From an uncultured Gemmatimonadales bacterium (lineage in GTDB: Bacteria; Gemmatimonadota; Gemmatimonadetes; Gemmatimonadales; GWC2-71-9), in the NCBI GenBank assembly GCA_963728915.1, contig CAVSLV010000001.1, positions 736,001 through 800,000 of the forward strand: a stretch of 64,000 nt of DNA, read 5' to 3'. Position numbers and translations under genes: made by a program. Position 1 is the first letter of the stretch; every line of letters begins with the position of its first letter. Positions 19,911 through 29,519 of this stretch are shown one piece after another. Below the pieces are notes generated by a model that saw nothing but the letters and a program-made list of their open reading frames with translations, did no database searches and was not told the DNA's origin.

Positions 19911-19946
19911 GCGGCCCGGGGCGAAAGCCCCGGGCCGCTCTTTTTT
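19911..19946 (+). terminator. Rho-independent terminator
   Basis: GCGGCCCGGGGC-GAAA-GCCCCGGGCCGC followed by TCTTTTTT. Confidence 0.9.
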
Positions 19947-19968
19947 CCCGCCATTACCTTTGCTGCCC

Positions 19969-21208
19969 ATGCAACGCCGCAAGCACGCGATCGCCTTCAT
20001 CGCGATCACGGTCCTGATGGATACCATCGGCTTCGGGCTGATCATTCCGGTCCTCCCCTCGCTGCTCACCCACATCACCGGGGATCCCCTGAGCCGGGCC
20101 GCCATCGACGGTGGCTGGCTGGCCTTCATCTACGCCTCGATGCAGTTCCTCGGAGCTCCGATTCTGGGGAATCTGTCCGATCGTTTCGGGCGCCGCCCCG
20201 TCCTGCTCTACGCCATCGGCGCTCTCGGCGTCGACTACATCATCATGGGGCTCGCTCCTACTCTGAGCTGGCTTTTCCTCGGCCGAGCCATCTCCGGCAT
20301 GGCGGGCGCCTCCTTTACGCCGGCCTATGCCTACGTCGCGGATATCAGTTCACCGGAAGAGCGGGCCCAGAATTTCGGGGTGGTGAGCGCGATGTTCGGC
20401 CTGGGCTTCATCATCGGCCCGGCCCTGGGCGGGTTGCTTGGCTCGCTGGGGCCCCGAGCGCCGTTCTTCGCCGCGGCGATCATGAGCCTCCTCAATTTCT
20501 GTTACGGCGTCTTCGTATTGCCTGAATCCCTCCCGGCCGAGCGCCGCCGCCGTTTCGACTGGAAACGGGCCAATCCCCTGGGCGCCTTCCAGCAGATGCG
20601 CAAGCACCCCGAGGTCCTCGGATTGCTCGTCGCGCTCTTTCTCTGGATGGTGGCCAACCAGGTCTACCCGACCACCTGGAGCTTCTACGGAAAGCTGCGA
20701 TTCGGCTGGTCGGAAGCGATGATCGGCGCCTCGCTCGCCCTGGTGGGGGGCATCATGGTGACCAGCCAGGCGGTCCTGCTCCGGGTGCTGGTTCCCCGGC
20801 TGGGCGAGCGACGGACCGCTCTCATCGGGGTCACCACCGCCGCGATCGGCTACGCGGGTTACGCAACGGCCTCCCAGGGCTGGATGATGTTCGCCTGGCT
20901 GCTGACCTGGTTCCTGGGAGCCATCGTGTTCCCCCTCACCAACGCCCTGATGTCCCACCGGGTCGCGCCGGACGCGCAGGGCGAGCTCCAGGGGGCGGTC
21001 GCCGGGACTCTTCTCGCTGGCGTCCATCGCGGGCCCCCCGTTGATGACCCAGCTGTTCGGACACTTCACCTCACCGGACGTGCAGGTGCACGTCCCCGGC
21101 GCCGCCTTCCTGGCGGCCTCCTTGCTCACCTGGAGCTGTCTGGGGATCTACTGGTTTGCCACCCGCCTCCGGCCGGTCGTGGCCCCGACCGGGCTGGAAG
21201 GGGCCTGA
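19969..21208 (+). CDS. TetA/DHA1-like MFS efflux transporter with a one-base-insertion frameshift at about 21004-21006
   Basis: GNLSDRFGRRPVLL motif A, GFIIGPALGG motif C; removing one G restores AGLFSLASIAGPPLMTQLF to TGA at 21206-21208. Confidence 0.85.
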
Positions 21209-21217
21209 GCGAACTCG

Positions 21218-22924
21218 TCAGTCGAGCTTGGGAGTTCCCAGCATTCTCGCTCGTGCCACGTGCCATCCGTTCCCCTGTCGAACCAGCTCCAGGGCAAAGC
21301 GAACCGGGGTCTTCCTGGTGGCCCCGAACGGCGACCGGGTCGTCAGCGTGGTTCCCACCGTCACGAGCACTCCACTCTCCCGTGGTTCGATCTGCGGCGA
21401 TTCCTGATCCGAGACCGACACCCGGCCATCGCGCACCAGCTCGAGCAACTTGCTGTGCTCCTTTGAATCGGACGAAAGCCCGGAGAGCCGGCTGACGTCC
21501 TTGGATCCGATCCCGGCCAGCCACGCCGACACGGCGCTGACCACTTCGCCTCGTTCGAAAGACGCGCCCGACCTACCCGTGGGGGCGGTTGCCGGCGGCA
21601 CGGGTGCGAGCGGCACCGGAGTCGGAGGAGCCGGCGCCGGGGCTGGCTCACTCGGGCCCATGCCCCTGCGCGGAGAGGGATCGTCTCGAGAGGGACTCAC
21701 CGGCCTCGCTCCAATCAGGCGAGGATCCTGGACTGGTTGGGGCGGGGGCGCTGGAGCGGCTGCGAGCGGAGCCGGTGGTGGCAGGGGTTCTACCGTGGGA
21801 GGCGCGGGCGGAGTCGCCCCGGTTGACTGGCCGGTCCGGTGGCCGGCCCGAACGGCTACGGTCGATACCAGAAGCACCCCGGCCGCCACCGCCCACACTC
21901 GCCAGTCGGCGACCCATTTCTGCCAGCCAGGTCTGCCAGCCGGTTCCGCGAGTCTGGTCTCGGGTGCCATCCTGGGCTCGTCGCCCAGGCGGGTGGCGGG
22001 AACTGACGGAGCGGTCGAGCCAAGCCGCGTCGCCGGGACGGCCCCAGGAATCGGCGCATCGGCAAGGCGGGTCGCTTTCGGAGCCTCCACCGGCTCCGGG
22101 GGGACGTCGCGGAGGACCCCCTGGAGGAAACCGCGCATGGCGGCCGCATTGGGAAAGCGATCCTCCCGGCGCTTTGCCATCGCCGTCGTCACGATCTCGT
22201 CCACCGATCCGGGAATCCCGGCGATCATCAGCCCGGGCCGGGGCGGCGGCTCGTTGAGCTGCTTCATCATCAGGGAGTAGTCGCTGTCGGCGTCGAAGGC
22301 GAGCTTCCCGGTGATCATCTCGTAGAGCACCGCGCCGAGGGCATAGATGTCGGACCGCCCGTCCACCTCTTCGCCGCGAAGCTGTTCCGGCGCCATGTAC
22401 ATGGGGGTCCCGACCGAGCGGCCCAGCTGAGTCTGCCGGCTTCGGCCCATAACCCGCGCGATTCCGAAGTCCATGACCTTGATGTGCCCGCCCCGGGTCA
22501 CCATGATGTTGGCCGGCTTGATGTCCCGGTGGACCACGCCCTGTTCGTGGGCGTGCTCGAGCGCGTCGCAGACCGCGGCGGCATACTCGGCCGCCCGCCG
22601 CCATGGAATCGGGCCGCCTCGCTGGATCATCAGCTCCAGCGTTTCGCCGGTCACGAACTCCATGATCATCAGGAATTGCTCGCCATCGCGCTCCAGCCCG
22701 TGCAACATCGCGATGCGGGGGTGGCCCAGCCGCGCCAGGGCGATGGCCTCGGAGCGGAATCGCTCGACCAGCGCATGCTGGCTCGCGAGGTCCGCTCGCA
22801 ACACCTTGATCGCGACATCCCGGTCGAGCAGCTCGTCATGGGCCCGATAGACGGTTCCCATGCCGCCTTCGCCGAGCCGGCTCAGGATGCGATACTTGCC
22901 GAGGATCGTGCCCTGGAGCGTCAT
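21218..22924 (-). CDS. Membrane Ser/Thr kinase with ATRL-repeat linker, Pro-rich stalk and small C-terminal domain
   Basis: GEGGMGTVY, HRDIKPAN, DFG, GTPMYMAPE; TM VWAVAAGVLLVSTVAV. Confidence 0.92.
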   Translation of the reverse strand: MTLQGTILGKYRILSRLGEGGMGTVYRAHDELLDRDVAIKVLRADLASQHALVERFRSEAIALARLGHPRIAMLHGLERDGEQFLMIMEFVTGETLELMIQRGGPIPWRRAAEYAAAVCDALEHAHEQGVVHRDIKPANIMVTRGGHIKVMDFGIARVMGRSRQTQLGRSVGTPMYMAPEQLRGEEVDGRSDIYALGAVLYEMITGKLAFDADSDYSLMMKQLNEPPPRPGLMIAGIPGSVDEIVTTAMAKRREDRFPNAAAMRGFLQGVLRDVPPEPVEAPKATRLADAPIPGAVPATRLGSTAPSVPATRLGDEPRMAPETRLAEPAGRPGWQKWVADWRVWAVAAGVLLVSTVAVRAGHRTGQSTGATPPAPPTVEPLPPPAPLAAAPAPPPQPVQDPRLIGARPVSPSRDDPSPRRGMGPSEPAPAPAPPTPVPLAPVPPATAPTGRSGASFERGEVVSAVSAWLAGIGSKDVSRLSGLSSDSKEHSKLLELVRDGRVSVSDQESPQIEPRESGVLVTVGTTLTTRSPFGATRKTPVRFALELVRQGNGWHVARARMLGTPKLD

Positions 22925-25116
22925 GCCGGGACCTGGAGCTCGCGGGTAGTCCGGAGCGAGTCGGAGCCCGTTTCCGGCATGGCCAGGACGATCGCGCTGA
23001 CGTTGTCCGGGGCTCCCCGCTCCCTGGCGAGCGCCACCAGGTGCTCACACGCCAGATGGGGCGGATGGGCCTTCACGATCTGGCGGACATCCTCGTCGCT
23101 CGCCAGATCGTGCAGACCATCCGAGCAGAGCAGGAAGCGATCCCCCGGATTGAGCACAAAAGGACGGGGCCAGATCGTGACCTCCACCTGGGAATGGCTC
23201 CCCAGCGCACGCGAGATCACATTCTTGTCGGGATGCTGCCGGGCCTCGTCCCGGCTCAACGCGCCGTTCCGCACCATCGCCATCACCGCGCTGTGATCTT
23301 CGGTCATGAGGAAGATCTCGTCGCCCCGCACCAGGTAACAGCGCGAATCCCCAACATGAGCGCACCACGCCATCCCACCCCGGATCACCAGGGCGGTGCA
23401 GGTGGTCCCCATCCCTTTCAGAGCCGGATCGGCGCTGGCCGCCGAGAAAACCGCCTTGTTGGCGGCCCGCACCGCGCCGGCCAGGGACTCGCCCGGATCG
23501 TCCGGAGTATCCCCATAGTGGGCGGCGAGCTCGTCGGCGGCGATCCGGCTTGCCACCTCCCCCGCGGCATGCCCGCCCATGCCGTCGAGGACCGCAGCCA
23601 GCAGGCCCTGTCCCCTGGAAGACTCGTTGGCGGGACGCACCACCCGAATCGTGTCCTCGTTGCTGTCGCGGACACATCCCGGGTCGCTCGCCACTCCGAC
23701 GATCATCCGCGACTCGGCGGCCCGGACGGCCGGGTCGGGAAGCGGCCGATCAACCGTGAGGGAAAGAGGGGCCGGCTTGGTCTTCCGGCGACGCCAGGGC
23801 AACCCGAACCAGGCCAGGGCAGGGAGCATGGGAAGGTCCTCCGGTGGAAGGGGCGAGCGCCCCCCGTTGGCGGGCTGGGGATGCATGGTCACCGAGTATT
23901 CGCTGCGGCCCTCCGTGATGTCGAACTTGACCGGTTCGTCCTCGTACCCCTCCCGTCGCAGGACCAGGGAGATGTGCTGGCCAATCGGGCCGCGGATGAG
24001 ATAGGGCGTTTCGGAAATCTTCCGACCGTCCTTCCATACCTCGGCAATCCCGGCGATGGCGTTGATGGTGACCTCGCGAACGGAAACCGGATCCGCCGGC
24101 AGCGGGGCCGGCGGGTGAGTTCCCGCAACAGAAGGCCTTCCCGGCAAACTCGTCACCAGGACGAACAACACCAGCAGGACGGCACTCACCGACAGAATGA
24201 GGGGAACCCGCGGCCTCAGGGTCCGCACCGTTTCCTTCACCTGTTCCAGCGGGTTGGGACCGGGTCTCGACGGCGCTCCGGCGAGCGGAACCGGCTGCAG
24301 CTGCGGCAGGATGTCGGCCAGCAGGGCGTCGCAGGACGGATACCGCTCCCGCGGGCTCATTCTCAGGCAGCGGCCGATGATCCGGTCCATTGCCGGCGTG
24401 AGGTTCTCGTTGGCCCGGGATGGCTGGGTAAACTGGGCGCCGCGAATTCTGGTTGTGATTTCATCGGGGCCACCCTGGGCAAAGGGATGCCGGCCCGTCG
24501 CCAGCTCGTAGAGGAGCACACCGAGAGCCCAGACGTCGGTGAGCCGGCTCGCCGGGGCCCCGGCGAGCTGTTCCGGGGCCAGCGATTGCAGCGTGCCGAT
24601 CACACTTCCCTGGGTGGTGAGCGCCGGTGATCCCGGACCCTTGGCGATTCCGAAATCCAGCAGTTTGACGATGCCGGATTCGGCGATCTTCACGTTGCTC
24701 GGCTTGATGTCGCGATGGATGATGCCGCGCTCGTGCAGATAGCCGACGGCGTCGACGACGGAGGCGGTAATGGAAAGCGCTTCCTCCTGCGGCAGAGCGC
24801 CTCGCCGATGGACCCGCTGCTCCAGGGTCTCCCCATCCACGTACTCCATGACGATGCACGGCGTTCCGTCATGTTCCAGAAACTCCTCGAGATGAGCGAT
24901 GTTCGGATGCTGCAGGAGGGACTGGATCCGCGCTTCGTTGCGAAACCGCTCCGCGAGTGAGGGCAACCGGTCCACCGCGGTCAGGATCTTGACGGCCATG
25001 ATGGACCCGTTGCGAACGTGCACTCCTCGATAGACCTCCCCCATGCCGCCGGCGCCGAGAAACTCGATCAACCGGTAGTTGCCGATGGTGTCGCGAACCC
25101 GGGTGCCGACGGCCAT
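22921..25116 (-). CDS. Ser/Thr kinase - TM - PEGA-like - PP2C phosphatase fusion
   Basis: HRDIKPSN and DFG; TM; ETPY..LRREGY PEGA-like segment; PP2C motifs RDSNED, DGMGGH, GMGTT, HVGDSR, LCSDGL, DNVS. Confidence 0.88.
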   Translation of the reverse strand: MAVGTRVRDTIGNYRLIEFLGAGGMGEVYRGVHVRNGSIMAVKILTAVDRLPSLAERFRNEARIQSLLQHPNIAHLEEFLEHDGTPCIVMEYVDGETLEQRVHRRGALPQEEALSITASVVDAVGYLHERGIIHRDIKPSNVKIAESGIVKLLDFGIAKGPGSPALTTQGSVIGTLQSLAPEQLAGAPASRLTDVWALGVLLYELATGRHPFAQGGPDEITTRIRGAQFTQPSRANENLTPAMDRIIGRCLRMSPRERYPSCDALLADILPQLQPVPLAGAPSRPGPNPLEQVKETVRTLRPRVPLILSVSAVLLVLFVLVTSLPGRPSVAGTHPPAPLPADPVSVREVTINAIAGIAEVWKDGRKISETPYLIRGPIGQHISLVLRREGYEDEPVKFDITEGRSEYSVTMHPQPANGGRSPLPPEDLPMLPALAWFGLPWRRRKTKPAPLSLTVDRPLPDPAVRAAESRMIVGVASDPGCVRDSNEDTIRVVRPANESSRGQGLLAAVLDGMGGHAAGEVASRIAADELAAHYGDTPDDPGESLAGAVRAANKAVFSAASADPALKGMGTTCTALVIRGGMAWCAHVGDSRCYLVRGDEIFLMTEDHSAVMAMVRNGALSRDEARQHPDKNVISRALGSHSQVEVTIWPRPFVLNPGDRFLLCSDGLHDLASDEDVRQIVKAHPPHLACEHLVALARERGAPDNVSAIVLAMPETGSDSLRTTRELQVPA

Positions 25117-25133
25117 GGGGACGGTTCCTTACC

Positions 25134-26855
25134 TCACTTCATGTTGGGCGCGACACCCATGAGCTCGATGCCATAGCGGATCGGCACCGAGAACGAGATC
25201 TGGGCATCGAGGTGCTTGCCGGCAAAAAAGATCCCGATCACCCGGCCGAACGAATCGAACATCGGCCCGCCGCTGTTGCCTCCACCGGTCGAGTTGATGG
25301 TGAGCTGATAGGTGTCCCCATTGGGGGAGATGGCAATCAGGGATTCGCTGACCGGGCCATCGGCGGCCCGAATGATCTTCCCGATATTCCCGACCGACAG
25401 GGTCGGATCAGGCACCACCCGGGTCTGGGCGTCCCGATTGAACCAGTCGCGGGACCGAACCACCGCGATCACCTCGTTGGAGACCGCGGGATACCCCATC
25501 ACGGTCACCTGGTCTCCGACCTTGGTGTCGTTATAGGAGTCGTAGAGCTCGACCTTGGGCACCGAGCCCGGCATGGTCACCTTGATCAGCGCCACGTCGT
25601 GCACGTCGGAGACCCGCTGGAGTGTGGCCTCGATCGGTGTGGTGTTCTTGGGGAATCGTGCCACCAGGTATTCCTGCCGCCCGCGGAAGACGTCCAGCTC
25701 GCGCTTGGGACCGTATTGCTTGGTCTCCGACGGCGTCCAGCGGGGATTTCCACCAGCCCCGGGAGGATCGGTCAGGATCGGCTTGTTCTGCCGGTCGAGG
25801 AGAACATCGCCATCCTCGTTGACGAGAACCCCGCTATCCTCGGGGTCGAAATTGTAGTAGGAGCGCCAGTTCGACGCGACGTGACGGTTGGTGAGAATGA
25901 ATCCGTCATTGGTGACCACGAACCCGCTTCCACCACCCGAGACCGCGATCGGTCTCCCGCCGTCCAGGGTCAGGGAGGGCTCGATGGTGCCATTCTGGAG
26001 TTGGACGTAGGCCGGGATCGTCGCCGGGCCATTGGGGATGATGGGGACCGTGCAGCAGCCGATCTTGACCTTGTTGGGGAGCATCCGGTGATAGACCTGG
26101 GCCCCAGTCGGCGCGTAGATCAGATTCCACGAGAAATCGATCATCACCACCGCCGGACCATACTTGGTCGCGACTTCCGCAGGCGTCATGTTCTTGCCGA
26201 GATTGACCGCCCGTTCGGTCGCGGCGCGGAGCGAATCGGTGGCGCCGCGGGCCACCGTGGCGTCCACATCCGACCGGGTCTTGAGCCAGTAGCCAAGCCC
26301 CACGATCGCGATGACCGCCACGGCGATCACCGCCATCACGTTCCGGCGGCCTTCCTGCTTGGTCTCCCCGATCATCCGCTCGACCGTCGCCTTGCCGACT
26401 CCGGCTTTGGCGGGCGTGGCGGAGCCGGTTGCCGTCGGACTTCCCGGCGGCTGCGCCCGGGTCTCCGCAACGGCCGGCTCCCCGCCGACGGCGAGCCGGG
26501 TCGCCTTCACGTAGGCGGCCGGGAGCGGGTCGAGATCAAACTGGATCTCGGGACCGCCGGCGCCCAGACCGATGACGTCTCCAGGCACGAGGGGCATCGT
26601 CCCGACCACCCGGAGCTTGTTGAGGAAGGTGCCGTTTCGGCTGTTCAGGTCGGTGAGGGTGAAGCGGGCCGGATCCTTGGGATCCCGGACGACCCGGGCG
26701 TGCTGCCGGCCGACCAAGTCATCCTTGTCCGGGTCGAACCGCACTTGGGCCATGGGGTCCCGGCCCAGGGTGAGCTCGGTGACTTGGGCGAGGGGAAACT
26801 CCTCGACCGTTCCGCTCTTCGAGCCCTTGAGGTGTCGCAGGAGAACGCGGTCCAT
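25134..26855 (-). CDS. FHA domain - TM - trypsin-like serine protease
   Basis: FHA motifs LGRD, VGRQHA, DLNSRNGTFLN; TM; triad LTNRHV / HDVALIK / GNSGGP; GGAGG RBS. Confidence 0.9.
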   Translation of the reverse strand: MDRVLLRHLKGSKSGTVEEFPLAQVTELTLGRDPMAQVRFDPDKDDLVGRQHARVVRDPKDPARFTLTDLNSRNGTFLNKLRVVGTMPLVPGDVIGLGAGGPEIQFDLDPLPAAYVKATRLAVGGEPAVAETRAQPPGSPTATGSATPAKAGVGKATVERMIGETKQEGRRNVMAVIAVAVIAIVGLGYWLKTRSDVDATVARGATDSLRAATERAVNLGKNMTPAEVATKYGPAVVMIDFSWNLIYAPTGAQVYHRMLPNKVKIGCCTVPIIPNGPATIPAYVQLQNGTIEPSLTLDGGRPIAVSGGGSGFVVTNDGFILTNRHVASNWRSYYNFDPEDSGVLVNEDGDVLLDRQNKPILTDPPGAGGNPRWTPSETKQYGPKRELDVFRGRQEYLVARFPKNTTPIEATLQRVSDVHDVALIKVTMPGSVPKVELYDSYNDTKVGDQVTVMGYPAVSNEVIAVVRSRDWFNRDAQTRVVPDPTLSVGNIGKIIRAADGPVSESLIAISPNGDTYQLTINSTGGGNSGGPMFDSFGRVIGIFFAGKHLDAQISFSVPIRYGIELMGVAPNMK

Positions 26856-26906
26856 ACAGATCCTCCGAGTGTGGGAGCCCTTCCGGCGATGGCCGGGGTT
26901 TCCTCC

Positions 26907-26936
26907 ACACGCGCAGGCCAGGCCCGCCGTGGCTCA
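26907..26936 (-). promoter_or_regulatory. Candidate ECF promoter, copy 1 (FHA-protease operon)
   Basis: TGAGCC-N14-CTGCGCGTGT on the minus strand. Confidence 0.7.
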
Positions 26937-29477
26937 GGGATTGGATTGGGCCAGAAGCGCCTCCCAGTGGGCCTGTTCCGCCCGCTTGCCCCAGTGACGA
27001 TAGAGGTCAACCAGCCGGCGCCTGGTATCCCGAACCGCCGGACTCTTGACCCCTCGCTGGGTGACCAGAACGCCTTCGGCGTCGAGCAGCAACCGCTCTC
27101 CCTCCTTCCACCGGCGGATCAGACCCAGGTGCTCGCCCAACATCCCTTCGCTGGAGGCGACCAGCCAGTGTCCAGTGGGTAGGGTCTTCCGGCGGACCTC
27201 CAGACTCTCCTGAAGCCACCGCCCACCTTCGTCCAGGGAGTCGGTGTGATCCAGGCCCAGTCCAAGAGCCTGCATGGCGGCTGCCACCGCCGGGTGGGAA
27301 TCCGCCAGCGGCGCATGTCGATGGGCGAGGACTTCGCGGGCGGCGCGTTTCGCGGCCTCCCATCGATGTGTCGCCGCGGCGAATTGGGCGTAGTTGAAGA
27401 CACTCCAGAGATACTCGGGGTGGTCCGGCCCGAGCAGTTTCCGGCGCAGGGCCAGAGCCTCCTGGTAGACCGAATCGGCCCGGTCGTTGTCGCCCTCCAG
27501 GTCGAGGCTCGCCGCATAGTTGCCCAGCGCCATCGCGACTGCCGGATGCTCGGGACCATGGGCCGTCCGGCTCGCGGCGACGGCAAGAAGAAGCAGGGAA
27601 TCGGCTTCCCGGTAGCGCCCGCTTTGACCCAGCACAATCGCGAGGTTGTTGTAGGAGCTGGTCAGGCCGTCCCAGTCTCGCGGCCGGGTCTGCTCCCGGA
27701 ACGCCAGCGCCTGCCGTTGCCACTCCTCCGCGCCTTTCAGATCCCCAAGCTTCTGACGGACCTGGGCCAGATTGTCCAGGAGCGTGCCGCGTTCCGGGTC
27801 GTCGGAAGCAGCGGTTCGTCGAAACAGGGCCCAGGCGGCCTTGTGAAGCGAGTCCGCCTCTGTCAGCCTCCCTTCGTTTTCTATCGCACTGCCAAGATTG
27901 GTAAGCGCGAGGGCCAGGGCGCGATCCCCCCGCGGCGCAATCGCGCGCCGAATCTCCACGGTCCGGCGCCACTGTTCCTCGGCCCGTTGCCGGTCTCCCA
28001 GCCCGAAGTACGTCTTGGCGATGATGTCCCGCACCTCGGCTTCGAGCTCCGGTCGGGCCACCAGGGTCTGCGCCCGCACGATGGCGCTATCCAGCACCTC
28101 GCGCATGGTTACGTCCCTGCCGAACGATCCTGGATCGGCAGCGCCCAGCATCTCCACCATGAAAGTGTTGAGCTCTTCGGCGCGGGATCGCTCCTGGCGG
28201 GCCTCCTCTGCTTTGCGGGAGGTCGACCACACCCCGACCGTCAGGGAGGCCAGCAGCAGGCCGATCGCGGCCAGCTCCATTCGGTGCCGGCGAACGAATT
28301 TGCCGGCGCGATACGACCACCGGTCCCGTCGGGCGGTGACCGGTAATCCTTCGAGGAAATGGCGGAGGTCATTGGCGAGCTGCTCCGCGGATCCGTAGCG
28401 CCGCTCCGGCTCTTTCCGAAGGGCGGACAGGATGATCGCATCGAGGTCCCCGCTCAGCTCGGCGCGGATCCGGGGCAGCGAGCGCTCCCCGGTCCGGGAA
28501 GAGAACGAGGGCCCCACCGTGGCGCTGGGACTGGGCGCGGGATCCTGGCAAACCAGTCGCTCGATCTCGACGTAGAGCTTGCCCTCGGTGGCGAATGGGC
28601 GCTTCCCCGTCAGGAGCTCGAAGAGCACGACGCCGAGCCCGTACACATCGGAGGTCGTCCCGATCGGCTGCCCCCGAAGCTGCTCGGGGGAGGCATAGTC
28701 GGGGGTGAGCGCCCGCATGCCGCCCTGAGTGAGCGGCAGTTGCTCCAGTCCTTCTTCTTCGCGCAGGAGCTTGGCAATCCCGAAATCGAGGAGCTTGACC
28801 GTTCCATCCCCGGTGACGAGGATGTTGCCCGGCTTGAGGTCCCGGTGGATGACCAGGTTTTGATGGGCGTGTTGCACCGCGCCGCAGACCTGGAGAAATA
28901 CCTTGACCCGCTCCCGGATCGAGGCTTGCCGGGCGTCGCACCATGCGGTAATCGGCTGGCCGTCGACGTACTCCATCACGAAGTACGGCTGTCCATCCGG
29001 AGTGACGCCGCCGTCGAGCAGGGCCGCGATATTGCGATGGTTCAGGTTCGCGAGGATCTGGCGCTCGTAGCGGAACCGGCGAACCGCGAGGTCTCCCTCG
29101 ATGCCCCGCCGGAGCAGCTTGATCGCCACCCGTTTGCGGTACTGGTCGTCGGCGCGAACCCCTTCATACACCTCACCCATTCCGCCCGCGCCGATCCGTC
29201 GCACCAGCTCGTAGTTGCCGAGTCGCATCCCGACCTTGTCACCCCGGTCGCGGAGGACGGCGCTGACTTCGCTCGCCGGCAGGCGGGGGAACGTGTCGCC
29301 CGCGCGCTCCAGCGCACCGAGCAACGATTCGACCTCGGGAAGAAGCGAGGGGTCGTGACGGGTGGCTTCGAGGAGGAACTGGCGGCGATCCGCTGCCCCG
29401 GAACGCTCCAGCGCCTGCTCGAACAGCCCGCGGATCTCCTGCAGTCGCGTCGGCGTCAGGGAAGGCGAATCGCTCAT
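26934..29477 (-). CDS. Membrane Ser/Thr kinase with extracytoplasmic TPR repeats (ECF-associated)
   Basis: GAGGMGEVY, HRDLKPGN, DFG, YASPE; TM; TPR repeats with LGPDHP motifs; ATG 29477 preferred because GTG 29513 lies inside the promoter motif. Confidence 0.92.
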   Translation of the reverse strand: MSDSPSLTPTRLQEIRGLFEQALERSGAADRRQFLLEATRHDPSLLPEVESLLGALERAGDTFPRLPASEVSAVLRDRGDKVGMRLGNYELVRRIGAGGMGEVYEGVRADDQYRKRVAIKLLRRGIEGDLAVRRFRYERQILANLNHRNIAALLDGGVTPDGQPYFVMEYVDGQPITAWCDARQASIRERVKVFLQVCGAVQHAHQNLVIHRDLKPGNILVTGDGTVKLLDFGIAKLLREEEGLEQLPLTQGGMRALTPDYASPEQLRGQPIGTTSDVYGLGVVLFELLTGKRPFATEGKLYVEIERLVCQDPAPSPSATVGPSFSSRTGERSLPRIRAELSGDLDAIILSALRKEPERRYGSAEQLANDLRHFLEGLPVTARRDRWSYRAGKFVRRHRMELAAIGLLLASLTVGVWSTSRKAEEARQERSRAEELNTFMVEMLGAADPGSFGRDVTMREVLDSAIVRAQTLVARPELEAEVRDIIAKTYFGLGDRQRAEEQWRRTVEIRRAIAPRGDRALALALTNLGSAIENEGRLTEADSLHKAAWALFRRTAASDDPERGTLLDNLAQVRQKLGDLKGAEEWQRQALAFREQTRPRDWDGLTSSYNNLAIVLGQSGRYREADSLLLLAVAASRTAHGPEHPAVAMALGNYAASLDLEGDNDRADSVYQEALALRRKLLGPDHPEYLWSVFNYAQFAAATHRWEAAKRAAREVLAHRHAPLADSHPAVAAAMQALGLGLDHTDSLDEGGRWLQESLEVRRKTLPTGHWLVASSEGMLGEHLGLIRRWKEGERLLLDAEGVLVTQRGVKSPAVRDTRRRLVDLYRHWGKRAEQAHWEALLAQSNP

Positions 29478-29489
29478 CTGATCATATGG

Positions 29490-29519
29490 ATACGCGAAGA
29501 ACCCGCGCGCCACGGCTCA
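29490..29519 (-). promoter_or_regulatory. Candidate ECF promoter, copy 2 (TPR kinase)
   Basis: TGAGCC-N14-CTTCGCGTAT on the minus strand. Confidence 0.7.

Noticed and set aside
25212..27182. Long antisense and alternate-frame ORFs (for example 25212-27182, 28359-30143, 40491-42473, 49949-52156)
   Set aside because: Shadow ORFs of real genes in high-GC DNA, with no recognisable motifs
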